The notes beneath the pieces are model-generated. The model ran no database searches and was not told the origin of the DNA. It saw only the letters and a program-made list of their open reading frames with translations. Position numbers and translations under genes: made by a program. Of a stretch of DNA of 64,000 bases, positions 33,596 through 43,465 are shown one piece after another (positions within the stretch are counted from its first letter, which is position 1; each line of letters opens with the position of its first letter). Location of the stretch: the sequence record SRR20825019_1762. One strand, given 5' to 3'.

Positions 33596-34759
33596 TTATT
33601 CTAGAATGATTATTTGATCATCTTCAATTAGGTAATCAAAGTATGTTTCGGACACGAACGTGTTCAGTACTTCTTCAATGGTTTCCACGTCAAAAGTGGC
33701 AGTGAACACCCTGTCTTCCAAGTCCATGTTCTTGTTCTGGATGGACACCCCGTAGTGCCTTTCCAATTTTTTTATCATATCCTTAAATTTCATGCCCCTA
33801 AGAACTAATTTCCCTTTCATCCAACTGGTATACAGTTCGGTATCGACCTTTTGCACGCTCATTTTTCTATGAGCAGATTCCCAAGAAGCCATATCTCCAG
33901 GTGTAAGCAATGTGGAATCGTCCTCACTATAGCTCATACCCGATTCATAAAGTCTAACGGATCCTTCAACCAGCACCGTCTTTTGGTTGGTATCCTCGGG
34001 GTAGGCAGTAACATTGAACTGGGTTCCTAATACACGTATATCCAATGATTGCGAAGTGACTATAAATGGACTGTTCTCATTTTTCTTCACATCGAAGAAT
34101 GCTTCTCCGATCAATGTTACTTTTCTCTGCTGTCCCGGAACAAACTTTATAGGATATGTTAAGGTGGAACCTGCATTAAGATTAACAGTGGTTCCATCAG
34201 ACAAAACAATTTTGAATGTCTTTCCATTTGGGATATGTAGCGTATTGTATACCAAATCGTCGTCAACTGCGTCAATATCACTTTGTGAATAGTCCACCAT
34301 ATTTTCGGCTTTAGTGCCGAGCACATTGCCATCCTTTGTTACAATCGCGGTAGAACCCGACTGGGACAGAATCCGGGTTTCCCCATTCCCCAGTTCCAAC
34401 GTAATAGCTGTTGGATCATGCTCCACCTCTACCAATTTCTCCATATAAAATGACTTAAAGAAAAGAGATAACGCCACAACACCAACAAAAACTGCTGCAT
34501 AACGCATAAACCTTGAATAAGAAGTTGTTAAACGCTTGTTCGATTTATTTGTATGAAGTCCATGTTGAATTGTTCCCCAAGCTTCTTGTGAATCAAGATG
34601 ATGTATATTTTGCAGTTCTTTCAATTTATCCTGCAATTTTGTGAGCCTTTGAAAGGTCAAAAAATTTTCATCATCTTCAGACAACCATTTCTCAAATAGA
34701 ATTTCTTCTTCTTCGCTTATGGGCCCTTTTAATTTTTTAAGGATAATTTCTACGATCAA
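33596..34759 (-). CDS. fecR: FecR-family anti-sigma factor
   Basis: TTG start; N-terminal WL motif, one TM helix, LSDGTTVNLNAGS, GEAFFDV, VLGTQFNV, LVEGSV. Confidence 0.93.
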   Translation of the reverse strand: MIVEIILKKLKGPISEEEEILFEKWLSEDDENFLTFQRLTKLQDKLKELQNIHHLDSQEAWGTIQHGLHTNKSNKRLTTSYSRFMRYAAVFVGVVALSLFFKSFYMEKLVEVEHDPTAITLELGNGETRILSQSGSTAIVTKDGNVLGTKAENMVDYSQSDIDAVDDDLVYNTLHIPNGKTFKIVLSDGTTVNLNAGSTLTYPIKFVPGQQRKVTLIGEAFFDVKKNENSPFIVTSQSLDIRVLGTQFNVTAYPEDTNQKTVLVEGSVRLYESGMSYSEDDSTLLTPGDMASWESAHRKMSVQKVDTELYTSWMKGKLVLRGMKFKDMIKKLERHYGVSIQNKNMDLEDRVFTATFDVETIEEVLNTFVSETYFDYLIEDDQIIILE

Positions 34760-34803
34760 TTTGGTCTTTGTTTATAGCGATGATAACATATCATCTACTT
34801 ATA

Positions 34804-34830
34804 AGACCTAAAAAATTGAAAAACGGGTAG
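34804..34830 (-). promoter_or_regulatory. Possible ECF-sigma promoter upstream of fecR (CTACCC-17 nt-GTCT)
   Basis: Position between sigma and anti-sigma genes and 17-nt spacing; assignment is inferred. Confidence 0.3.
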
Positions 34831-34883
34831 TGAAAATCTTATATTTTTATATAATTTTTTATAAATATGCCATTTTAAGATAT

Positions 34884-35372
34884 CTAAAAATGGATATTTC
34901 TCAAATTTAAGCGAAGTATCTTAAAAGACTTTTTCAAGTGGTACTTTACTGTATTGACTGTAATGCCCATGATTTCTGCTGCACCTTCATACTTGATTCC
35001 TTCCATCACACAGAGCTCAAATACCTTTCTATTCTGTACTGGCAAGGATTCCAGTTCTTTAAAAATTGTTTCAGAAACTTCTGACTGAATCCACTCATTC
35101 TCATACGAAGGTACATAAGTAGTGGAATGGGACATATCGAAAGTTCGTTGAGAATTTTTAATTTTTTTTAAACTTTCATTTCGTACAGCAGTATTGATGT
35201 AGGGCTTAAAATTCTCAATAGTTGTATACTCATTTTTCTGTAATAGCTTGGTGAAAACTGTTTGTACCACATCTTTTGCATCATCCAAATCTTGCACATA
35301 ACTATAAGATAACAAACACCATTCTTGGTAATGCTCAAGAAACATTTCTTCCAAATTTTTAGTGTTTATCAT
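34884..35372 (-). CDS. ECF sigma-70 factor
   Basis: DAKDVVQTVF region 2; LP...VF...EG-KYE-AAE-MGITVNTVKYHL region 4; adjacent to fecR. Confidence 0.92.
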   Translation of the reverse strand: MINTKNLEEMFLEHYQEWCLLSYSYVQDLDDAKDVVQTVFTKLLQKNEYTTIENFKPYINTAVRNESLKKIKNSQRTFDMSHSTTYVPSYENEWIQSEVSETIFKELESLPVQNRKVFELCVMEGIKYEGAAEIMGITVNTVKYHLKKSFKILRLNLRNIHF

Positions 35373-35473
35373 TTCTGTAATTATTATGAACTTGGTTAAT
35401 TAAGCTTAATGGTTATAGTAGAAAAAAGAAATTTGAATACATTATAATTAATTGTATATTTTACACTTTAAAC

Positions 35474-35501
35474 AATAGCAATTTATCAAATTGTTGCTAT
35501 T
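35474..35501. promoter_or_regulatory. Inverted repeat AATAGCAA-N12-TTGCTATT, possible operator in the divergent sigma/xylX promoter region
   Basis: Perfect 8-bp arms seen directly. Confidence 0.35.
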
Positions 35502-35633
35502 TGTGCAAAAAAAATATGATAATTACAAATAAAAAACATCGTATTGCCATTTTCGTACTCGAGTAATATTGTAGTTGCTCAAACTGAAGAGGCAAAACTT
35601 ATAAGTGGATGTAATTAAAATCAAAATTTTACC

Positions 35634-36827
35634 ATGAAAGACCTATTGATCAACCGTTACATTGCAAATAAAGGTGTTTGGATAGGAAGATGCCACGTAC
35701 CATCTGAAAACGCCTATAATAATGTTGAAGGCCCCCATGTAATTTGGGCACATAAAGAATGGGTATATGATCTATCCTATTACTTCAAATCTACGGGAGA
35801 ACTCATCAATTCGGGCAACTACAAAGAAATATTGGATGTAAAGAATCCGAATATTACAAAAGTGGGGGCTTTTGAAGAAATTTTGGAAAATTCATTTTAT
35901 CATCAAAAGGACTATAACAAGCCCTTTTTCCTGGCCCCTAACGATACTCAAGCCGTTAAGGCATGCGGGGTCACTTTTATTAAGAGCTTATTGGAAAGGG
36001 TAATTGAGGAGAGGGCAAAAGGAGAACCTCAATTGGCCATACAACTAAGGGACGAAATCACCTCCATCATTGGTGAAAGTCTCAACAACATAGTTCCTGG
36101 CTCGCCACAGGCAGTTAGTTTAAAAGATGAACTAAAAAAAAGGGGGATTTGGTCCCAGTACCTGGAAGTTGGTATTGGCCCCAATGCGGAAGTGTTTACC
36201 AAAAGCCAACCTTTTTCATCAGTGGGTTTTGGTGCGGAGATTGGTGTGCTCAGTGATTCAAAGTGGAACAATCCAGAACCTGAAATAGTATTGGTGGTCA
36301 CCAATTCAGGCAACATAGTGGGGGCAACTTTGGGCAATGATGTGAATTTACGGGATTATGAGGGCAGAAGTGCCTTGTTATTGGGAGAAGCAAAAGATCA
36401 AAATGGTTCTTGTGCCGTTGGTCCACTGTTCAGAATGTTCGATGACTCTTATTCGTTGGACGACGTAAAAACTGCCAAGGTATCCTTAACGATTACCGGG
36501 ACCGATGGTTTTGAGTTAAAGGATGCAAGTGACATGGGAGAAATAAGCAGGTCACCTGAAGAATTGGTAACACAAGTGATCAATGATAACCATCAATATC
36601 CCGACGGGTTCATTCTTTTTTGTGGAACCATGTTCGCTCCAACGTTGGATAGAAATGAAAAAGATATGGGGTTCACCCATAAACCACAGGACAGGGTGAT
36701 CATTGAATCCCCTAAACTGGGTATGTTGGTGAATTGGGTCAACTCGGCAGATAAAATTCCTAATTGGAATTTCGGAATCAATGCTTTTGTTGACTACTCC
36801 ATAAAGAGGTTACAAAAAAAGAAATAA
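35634..36827 (+). CDS. FAH-family protein, XylX-like 2-keto-3-deoxy-pentonate dehydratase
   Basis: LAP-D-QAVKACGVTF--S-LERVIEE, SQYLEVGIGP-AEVFTK, WNNPEPE, GNDVNLRD-EGRSALLL, HQYPDG, GFTH; no signal peptide. Confidence 0.82.
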   Translation: MKDLLINRYIANKGVWIGRCHVPSENAYNNVEGPHVIWAHKEWVYDLSYYFKSTGELINSGNYKEILDVKNPNITKVGAFEEILENSFYHQKDYNKPFFLAPNDTQAVKACGVTFIKSLLERVIEERAKGEPQLAIQLRDEITSIIGESLNNIVPGSPQAVSLKDELKKRGIWSQYLEVGIGPNAEVFTKSQPFSSVGFGAEIGVLSDSKWNNPEPEIVLVVTNSGNIVGATLGNDVNLRDYEGRSALLLGEAKDQNGSCAVGPLFRMFDDSYSLDDVKTAKVSLTITGTDGFELKDASDMGEISRSPEELVTQVINDNHQYPDGFILFCGTMFAPTLDRNEKDMGFTHKPQDRVIIESPKLGMLVNWVNSADKIPNWNFGINAFVDYSIKRLQKKK

Positions 36828-36876
36828 TGAAAGGTATGTAAAAACACCCTTTACTAATTACTAAAAAAACTAAAAA

Positions 36877-38460
36877 ATGATTTCAGGTAAAAACTATATC
36901 GGTTCAAAAGTATCGGGGAATGGCGAGAGAACCTTCCACACCTTTAATCCAAAAAGCAACCAAATTACGGCTTGGACCTTCTATGAAGCCTCCTCGACAG
37001 AAATTGACGAAGCAGTTGATTTGGCGGAACAGGCATTTCAGGAGTACAAACAATTTTCCGGTGTCAAAAAAGCAGGTTTTCTGAGGGCCATTGCGGAAGA
37101 GATTGAGAATTTGGGCGATGAGTTGATCGAGACCTATACGCAGGAATCCGGGCTTCCCGAAGGTCGCGCCTTGGGAGAACGAGGCCGTACCATGGGACAG
37201 CTCAATGCATTTGCCACATTGCTCGAAGAAGGTTCCTGGACCGATGCGACCATAGATACCGCAATTCCCGAACGCACTCCTATACCCAAAGAAGACATAC
37301 GAAAGATGTTGGTCCCGATCGGTCCCATAGTAGTTTTTGGTTCCAGTAATTTTCCTTTTGCCTTTTCTACTGCCGGGGGCGATACAGCAAGTGCCCTGGC
37401 AGCGGGGTGTCCTGTCATCGTAAAGAGCCATCCCATGCATGCGGGAACCGGCGAACTTGTCGCGTCGGCCATTATAAAGGCCGCAAAAAAAACAGGAATG
37501 CCCGATGGCGTTTTTTCAAACTTGAACAGCAGTGGAATCGAGGTGGGAGAAAGATTGGTTACCCACCCAAAAGTAAAGGGCGTAGGTTTTACGGGAAGTA
37601 TCCGAGGAGGAACGGCACTTTATAATTTGGGTATGCAACGGGAAGAACCCATACCTGTTTTCGCAGAAATGGGGAGTGTGAACCCTGTTATTGTGCTTCC
37701 CTCTGCCTTGGAAGAAAAAAAGGATCATTGGGCCTCCCAATATGCCGGCTCCATTACGTTGGGGTCTGGCCAATTCTGCACCAATCCCGGCTTGTTGATC
37801 GGGCTTAAAGGAAAGGCTTTGGACAATTTTGTTTCCACATTGGGTGAACAACTGTCGCTTTTGGATCCATCGAGCATGTTGCATCCGAACATCCATGAAA
37901 ACTATGAAAAGGGACGAAAGGAAATCTCTAGTCATGAAAAAGTATCTGTTGTGGCGGAGTTTGGGAAGGAATTGCCGCCAAATTATGGCAGGCAGCAATT
38001 ACTTACGGTGAGCGGAAAGGATTTTTTGGAGAACCCCGTAATGCACCAAGAGGTTTTTGGACCGTTGTCCCTGGTTGTACAATGTGCCGATGAGGAGGAG
38101 CTCACCAATATCCTTCATAGTTTGGAAGGTCAACTTACCGGAACAATATTGGGCGATGAACCGGAGATAAAAAAATATGAAAAGGTAATAGATGCCTTAA
38201 AAAGTAAGGTGGGGCGAATCATTTTCAACAGTGTTCCCACCGGCGTCGAGGTCTGTCCGTCCATGTTTCATGGCGGCCCCTTCCCGGCGACCACGGACAG
38301 TAGGTTCACTTCGGTGGGGTCCTCGGCCATAATTCGATGGGTACGTCCCGTCTGTTTCCAAAATTGGCCACAATCCATGCTACCAGCCGAATTACAAAAC
38401 GACAATCCGTTGGGTATCATGAGAAAAGTGAACGGTATGTTCACCTCAAATCCTATCTGA
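36877..38460 (+). CDS. NADP-dependent aldehyde dehydrogenase, alpha-ketoglutaric semialdehyde dehydrogenase type
   Basis: GERGRT, FGSSNFPFAFSTAGGDTASALAAGCP, EMGSVNP, GQFCTNPG, HGGPFPATT. Confidence 0.88.
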   Translation: MISGKNYIGSKVSGNGERTFHTFNPKSNQITAWTFYEASSTEIDEAVDLAEQAFQEYKQFSGVKKAGFLRAIAEEIENLGDELIETYTQESGLPEGRALGERGRTMGQLNAFATLLEEGSWTDATIDTAIPERTPIPKEDIRKMLVPIGPIVVFGSSNFPFAFSTAGGDTASALAAGCPVIVKSHPMHAGTGELVASAIIKAAKKTGMPDGVFSNLNSSGIEVGERLVTHPKVKGVGFTGSIRGGTALYNLGMQREEPIPVFAEMGSVNPVIVLPSALEEKKDHWASQYAGSITLGSGQFCTNPGLLIGLKGKALDNFVSTLGEQLSLLDPSSMLHPNIHENYEKGRKEISSHEKVSVVAEFGKELPPNYGRQQLLTVSGKDFLENPVMHQEVFGPLSLVVQCADEEELTNILHSLEGQLTGTILGDEPEIKKYEKVIDALKSKVGRIIFNSVPTGVEVCPSMFHGGPFPATTDSRFTSVGSSAIIRWVRPVCFQNWPQSMLPAELQNDNPLGIMRKVNGMFTSNPI

Positions 38461-38807
38461 CCAGAAAAAAAGAAGGCATAGCATATCTCAGGAGATTTTG
38501 GGCTCATCGAGATGAAATGAAAGGATAAACAGCTTGCTGGTTCCCTATATCAACCTTGGGAAGCAATCTGTACCTTGGGAAATAGGTCTTGTCTGGACCG
38601 GTACATTGATGATGGGTCTTTATTATATGGATAGAGGTCAGAAAAATCAATGGATTATCTAATGCCCATTCATAAGACCAAATTCCTGTCGTCATGACAC
38701 AATCATCTTTTATTATTTGATGTACCATGTTAGTTTTGTAGTATACCCACGGTAAAAGAAGCTAAAATTTACAAATGGAAGAAACAGGGAATCAAAACCT
38801 CATCTTA

Positions 38808-38856
38808 AGAAAAATAAACCCCGGCAAGCCAAAAGGCATAACGGGGTTTTCTTTTT
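38808..38856. terminator. Bidirectional intrinsic terminator between convergent units
   Basis: AAACCCCG...CGGGGTTT stem with inner GCC-AAAA-GGC, A-tract before and T-tract after. Confidence 0.7.
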
Positions 38857-38890
38857 GAAAAATTATACGGGACCGTGACTTTCTTTCCCT

Positions 38891-40039
38891 TTAATTTTCA
38901 TTAGCGACCAATGCATTAATTCTTTGTATAGAGCCATCAGGGTTATAAGTAAGCTCTGTCATTTTTACGCTTCTTAAGTGTGTTTTCCCACCGGACATGG
39001 AACTGTCGTGAAAAAATAACCACCACTTTCCTTGGTATTCCACAATAGAATGATGGTTGGTCCAACCCAATACAGGATCTAAGATCACCCCTTGATAAGT
39101 AAACGGCCCATATGGATTATCCGCGATAGCGTAAACAATATTATGGGTATCACCGGTGGAGTAAGAAAGATAATATTTGCCATTATATCGGTGGACCCAG
39201 GCAGCTTCAAAAAACCTTCGGTCGTTGTCGCCCGCAAGAATTGGTTCGCCATTCCGATCCAATATCACAACATCTTTGGGTTCCTCTGAAAAGCTTACCA
39301 TATCGTCGCCCATTTTGGCAATCTTGGGCATAAGGGCCGGTTCGTCATCCGCAGGGTATTTGTCGGCTCCCAAATATTCCCCTTGCTCCCATTGCTGGAG
39401 CTGTCCGCCCCAAATACCTCCAAAATACATATAATAGGCACCATCCGTATCCTCGAAAACCGCCGGATCCATACTAAAGCTTCCTTCAATGGGCTCCGCC
39501 ATGGCCTCAAATGGACCTCCGGGAGTATTGCTTTTGGCAACACCAATATGAAAAACATCGTCTTTATCCTTTACTGGGAAATACAAAAAATATTGATCAC
39601 CCTTTTTAGCGGCATCCGGAGCCCACATTTGCCTACCTGCCCAAGGGACATCGTCAATATGTAGCGCAAGTCCATGGTCTGTAACCTCTCCTCCCACACT
39701 ATCCATCGAAAACACATGATAATCTTCCATGTTAAAATGACTTCCCAAATCATCCTCCGGAATTCCTGATTCAAAATCATGGGACGGGTAAACATATAGC
39801 TTGCCTTCAAAAACATGTGCAGAAGGGTCCGCAGTATAAAGTTCAGATGTTAAAGTATATACCATATCAGGGGCAATTCCAATGGTGTCTTCAACAACAT
39901 CAACATTCCCTTGAACATTTTTGGATTCTTTTTTTTCACGTTTGCACCCAAAAGTGAAAAAAAATAGAGAAATCAGTAAAAAACAAGAAGAAAGAATGCT
40001 TGTTAAGCGGATTTTACGGCTAAAAAATGTGTTTTTCAT
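38891..40039 (-). CDS. GH43 subfamily 1 beta-xylosidase/arabinosidase, lipoprotein
   Basis: YTADPSAHVF, MWAPD, SMDPAVF, RRFFEA, GWTNHHS; lipobox TFGC. Confidence 0.92.
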   Translation of the reverse strand: MKNTFFSRKIRLTSILSSCFLLISLFFFTFGCKREKKESKNVQGNVDVVEDTIGIAPDMVYTLTSELYTADPSAHVFEGKLYVYPSHDFESGIPEDDLGSHFNMEDYHVFSMDSVGGEVTDHGLALHIDDVPWAGRQMWAPDAAKKGDQYFLYFPVKDKDDVFHIGVAKSNTPGGPFEAMAEPIEGSFSMDPAVFEDTDGAYYMYFGGIWGGQLQQWEQGEYLGADKYPADDEPALMPKIAKMGDDMVSFSEEPKDVVILDRNGEPILAGDNDRRFFEAAWVHRYNGKYYLSYSTGDTHNIVYAIADNPYGPFTYQGVILDPVLGWTNHHSIVEYQGKWWLFFHDSSMSGGKTHLRSVKMTELTYNPDGSIQRINALVANEN

Positions 40040-40201
40040 AATACGATAAATGGTTTTAATTGTTAAAAATACACATATTTTTTAATAAACAATCGTTTGC
40101 CTATATCTTTAAAAAAATATATTGTATTGTATATCAGTATTTTACATTGTTTTAATTGAGTATTCAGAATAATTTCAATATCAAATTTAAAAAATTTTAA
40201 C

Positions 40202-40213
40202 GCAACCGATTGC
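40202..40213. promoter_or_regulatory. LacI-type operator GCAACCGATTGC overlapping the -33 TTG of the putative susC promoter
   Basis: 11/12 match to the palindromes at 49657 and 61856; TATATTTA -7 variant 19 nt downstream (40232-40239). Confidence 0.7.
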
Positions 40214-40314
40214 GCAAATAGATATATTGTGTATATTTAACACATTCAAAATTACAGGTATGTTTTTTTGCCGTATCTGGATTAATTAACTAAACAAAAT
40301 CAAAACTTAGTAAC

Positions 40315-43300
40315 ATGACTGAAAAATCATTATTTGTTTTTACAAACAGTAAATGGTCCTCGCCTTTGCATTTGTATCTAACAAGCTTTTTGTTATTTAT
40401 TTTTTGTACTACTGCACTAGCACAGGACATTATCTCGGTATCTGGAACAGTGACCGATGAATCGGGTGCACCTATTCCCGGGGTAAGTGTACTTGTACAA
40501 AACACAACAAATGGAACATCGACAGACTTTGACGGGAACTATGTGCTCGAGGCGGCTTCCAGTGCCACCCTTGAGTTTCGCTATCTTGGATTTGTTACGC
40601 AAACGATTGAGGTTAATGGAAGGTCAACAATTAACGTTCAATTAGCTGAAGACACACAGCAACTATCAGAGGTTGTAGTAATTGGGTATGGTACCCAAAG
40701 TAAAGAGTCCGTAACTGGTTCGGTAGTGTCCATTAAGGCCGAGGAATTGAACGAAGTTCAATCCGCCAACTTTACGCAAGCCCTTGTAGGACGGGCCGCA
40801 GGTGTAAATATTTCCTCCACCAGTACACGTCCGGGAGCTGCACCACAGATTCAAATTCGTGGCGTACGCTCACTTACAGCATCAAATGATCCATTAATTG
40901 TTTTAAATGGAATCCCTTTTTCTGGGGGGCTCAGCGACATCAACCAAAACGACATTGAGAGTTTGGATATCCTAAAGGACGCCTCGGCCACAGCAATTTA
41001 TGGATCTAGGGGAGCCAATGGGGTAATCCTCATCACAACAAAGTCAGGTAAAAAAGGACAAAAGGCACAATTCTCTTACAATACTTATTATGGTACCAAG
41101 GAAGTGTTTGCCAAGTTACCAGTAATGAATACGGCCCAACTATTGGAATTACGTGAGATTGCCGCTGCCAATGGCACCGGAACGCCTACAGGAAATGATG
41201 AAAGTGTTGATAATGATACGGATTGGCAAGATTTATTGTTTGGTTCATCCATGCAAACCTCCCACGATATCACTGTACAAGGAGGTACTGAAAATGGCAC
41301 CTACAATGTAGGTTTGGGCTATTTTAAAGAGACTTCTCCTGTTCCCGGTGATTCTTTTCAAAGATATTCCCTACGTTTTTCACTGGACCAACAAGTGGGT
41401 AAATTATTTCGTTACGGGGTAAACTCGGTAATGAACTATAGTGTTACCAAAAGCATAGTCGGTCCAGCCGGGGTGTATACCGCATCTCCTCTTTTAAGTC
41501 CTTATGATGAAAATGGAAACTTTTTGGAATCTGTTAGACTTACGGATGGACAAGACCAAGTATTCATCCCTACTCGAAATGAGATCAACCGAATTGGTAA
41601 ACGAAGAGCAAACGAGCAATTGGACTTCGGTACCTATAACAACGTTTACGCAGAACTTAAAATGCCCTTTATTGCTGAAGGCCTTAAGTACCGCCTTAAC
41701 GTTGGTCTTAACCTAAGATCGAGCAGAGATGGCGATTTTACTGGTCAGGGTGTCTTTAGTTTTAATCCTGATCAACCTAATTCGGCCAGTTACGGAACTA
41801 GTCTTACGCGGGACTATGTAGTTGAGAACCAATTGATTTTCGACAGGACCTTTGCCGATAAGCACAAAGTGAATTTCGTCGGGCTTTTTTCGGCTCAAGG
41901 AAATGATTTTGATAGTTCTTTTATACGGGTTCAAAATATACCGGATGAAAACGATTTATGGTACAATACGGATTCAGCTCTATTGGAAGACGTATTGGAT
42001 TATGATACCAGTTATACAGAATGGGGGCTGTTATCTTTAATGGGAAGGGTCTTGTATGAATATGACAACCGTTACCTGCTTACCGCTACCATACGATCAG
42101 ACGGTTCCTCACGATTGGCGCCAGGTAACAAGTGGTATACCTATCCTGCGGTATCCGTAGGGTGGAACATTGCCAATGAAGCTTTTATGGATAATGTAGA
42201 TGCCATTAACCAATTAAAATTAAGGGCGGGTTATGGAGAAACCTCCAACCAGGCCATTGATCCTTTTTCTGTTCAAGGACGACTAAATGGTGGTGGTACC
42301 AACCCTGCGTATAATTTTGGCGATGTTTTTGCAAATGGTTATGTGGTGACCCAATTGCCCAACTCAAACTTAAAATGGGAGTTTTCGAAAACCTATAATT
42401 ACGGTATTGATTTTGGCCTTTTCAATAATCGCCTTTCTGGTACGGTAGAGTATTATGAAACCGAGACTAACAATATTCTGCTTAACCTCGGTCTACCAAG
42501 CACCTCTGGTGTAAGCAACGTAACCAGTAATGTGGGTAAAACAAAGAGCAATGGGGTGGAGATAGCACTGAATGCTACTCCAATCCAAACTTCGGATTTT
42601 ACTTGGGATGTAGGTGTTAACCTCTATACCAACAGGACCGAGATTGTCGAATTGGCATCAGGTCAACAAGAAGATGTAGGCAACCTTTGGTTTGTAGGCC
42701 AACCTCTTAGCGTTATCTATGATTATGAACGACTGGGATTGTGGAATGCCGATGATGAAGGTGCCGAATTTCTTGAACAATTTGTACCTGGGGGTAATCT
42801 AGGAATGATACGGGTGCGATATACTGGGGAATATAATCCGGATGGTTCACCTGTTCGTCAAATCAATGCGGAAGATAGGGTAGTTATAGACCCAACTCCT
42901 AATTTCCGAGGTGGTTTCAATACTCGCTTTGCCTATAAGAATTTTGATCTTAGCATGGTGGGAGCATTTCAAAGTGGAGGTATTTTAGTAAGTACCCTAC
43001 ACAATACTAATGGTAACACCATGAGGCTAAATGGTCGGGGAAACAACCTTAATGTAGACTACTGGACCCCAACCAACACCGATGCCAAATATCCGGCACC
43101 AGGGGGCATAGGCGGGGACCGGCCAGAATATGGTAGCACCTTGGGGTATTTTGATGGTTCTTACCTAAAGGTACGAGCCATGACCTTGGGCTATAGATTT
43201 GACCCAGATGTGATCAAGGCTATGGGAGCCAAAAATTTATACATATACGGTACAGTACAAAACCCATTTGTACTATTCTCCGATTTTCACGATGAATCGG

Positions 43301-43461
43301 GATTAGATCCAGAAATCACAAATTCGGGTGTGGACAACAACGGAGTAAGGCAAAATGCAGACATAAATACCAATGGGACTGTTTCCGGTAGTATCCCGAC
43401 CATTGGTACCAACGTACCATCTACGCGAAATTATTTATTTGGATTAAATATAACTTTCTAA
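40315..43461 (+). CDS. susC: SusC TonB-dependent transporter (xylan PUL), no STN domain
   Basis: LSEVVVIGYG, PLIVLNGIP, LKDASATAIYGSRGANGVI, C-terminal NITF. Confidence 0.95.
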   Translation: MTEKSLFVFTNSKWSSPLHLYLTSFLLFIFCTTALAQDIISVSGTVTDESGAPIPGVSVLVQNTTNGTSTDFDGNYVLEAASSATLEFRYLGFVTQTIEVNGRSTINVQLAEDTQQLSEVVVIGYGTQSKESVTGSVVSIKAEELNEVQSANFTQALVGRAAGVNISSTSTRPGAAPQIQIRGVRSLTASNDPLIVLNGIPFSGGLSDINQNDIESLDILKDASATAIYGSRGANGVILITTKSGKKGQKAQFSYNTYYGTKEVFAKLPVMNTAQLLELREIAAANGTGTPTGNDESVDNDTDWQDLLFGSSMQTSHDITVQGGTENGTYNVGLGYFKETSPVPGDSFQRYSLRFSLDQQVGKLFRYGVNSVMNYSVTKSIVGPAGVYTASPLLSPYDENGNFLESVRLTDGQDQVFIPTRNEINRIGKRRANEQLDFGTYNNVYAELKMPFIAEGLKYRLNVGLNLRSSRDGDFTGQGVFSFNPDQPNSASYGTSLTRDYVVENQLIFDRTFADKHKVNFVGLFSAQGNDFDSSFIRVQNIPDENDLWYNTDSALLEDVLDYDTSYTEWGLLSLMGRVLYEYDNRYLLTATIRSDGSSRLAPGNKWYTYPAVSVGWNIANEAFMDNVDAINQLKLRAGYGETSNQAIDPFSVQGRLNGGGTNPAYNFGDVFANGYVVTQLPNSNLKWEFSKTYNYGIDFGLFNNRLSGTVEYYETETNNILLNLGLPSTSGVSNVTSNVGKTKSNGVEIALNATPIQTSDFTWDVGVNLYTNRTEIVELASGQQEDVGNLWFVGQPLSVIYDYERLGLWNADDEGAEFLEQFVPGGNLGMIRVRYTGEYNPDGSPVRQINAEDRVVIDPTPNFRGGFNTRFAYKNFDLSMVGAFQSGGILVSTLHNTNGNTMRLNGRGNNLNVDYWTPTNTDAKYPAPGGIGGDRPEYGSTLGYFDGSYLKVRAMTLGYRFDPDVIKAMGAKNLYIYGTVQNPFVLFSDFHDESGLDPEITNSGVDNNGVRQNADINTNGTVSGSIPTIGTNVPSTRNYLFGLNITF

Positions 43462-43465
43462 AAAA

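Noticed and set aside
38504-38728. 74-aa minus-strand ORF and ACCTTGGGAA direct repeat (38553 and 38572)
   Set aside because: No recognisable motif, it lies beyond the terminator of the GH43 gene, and a two-copy 10-mer is not an array.
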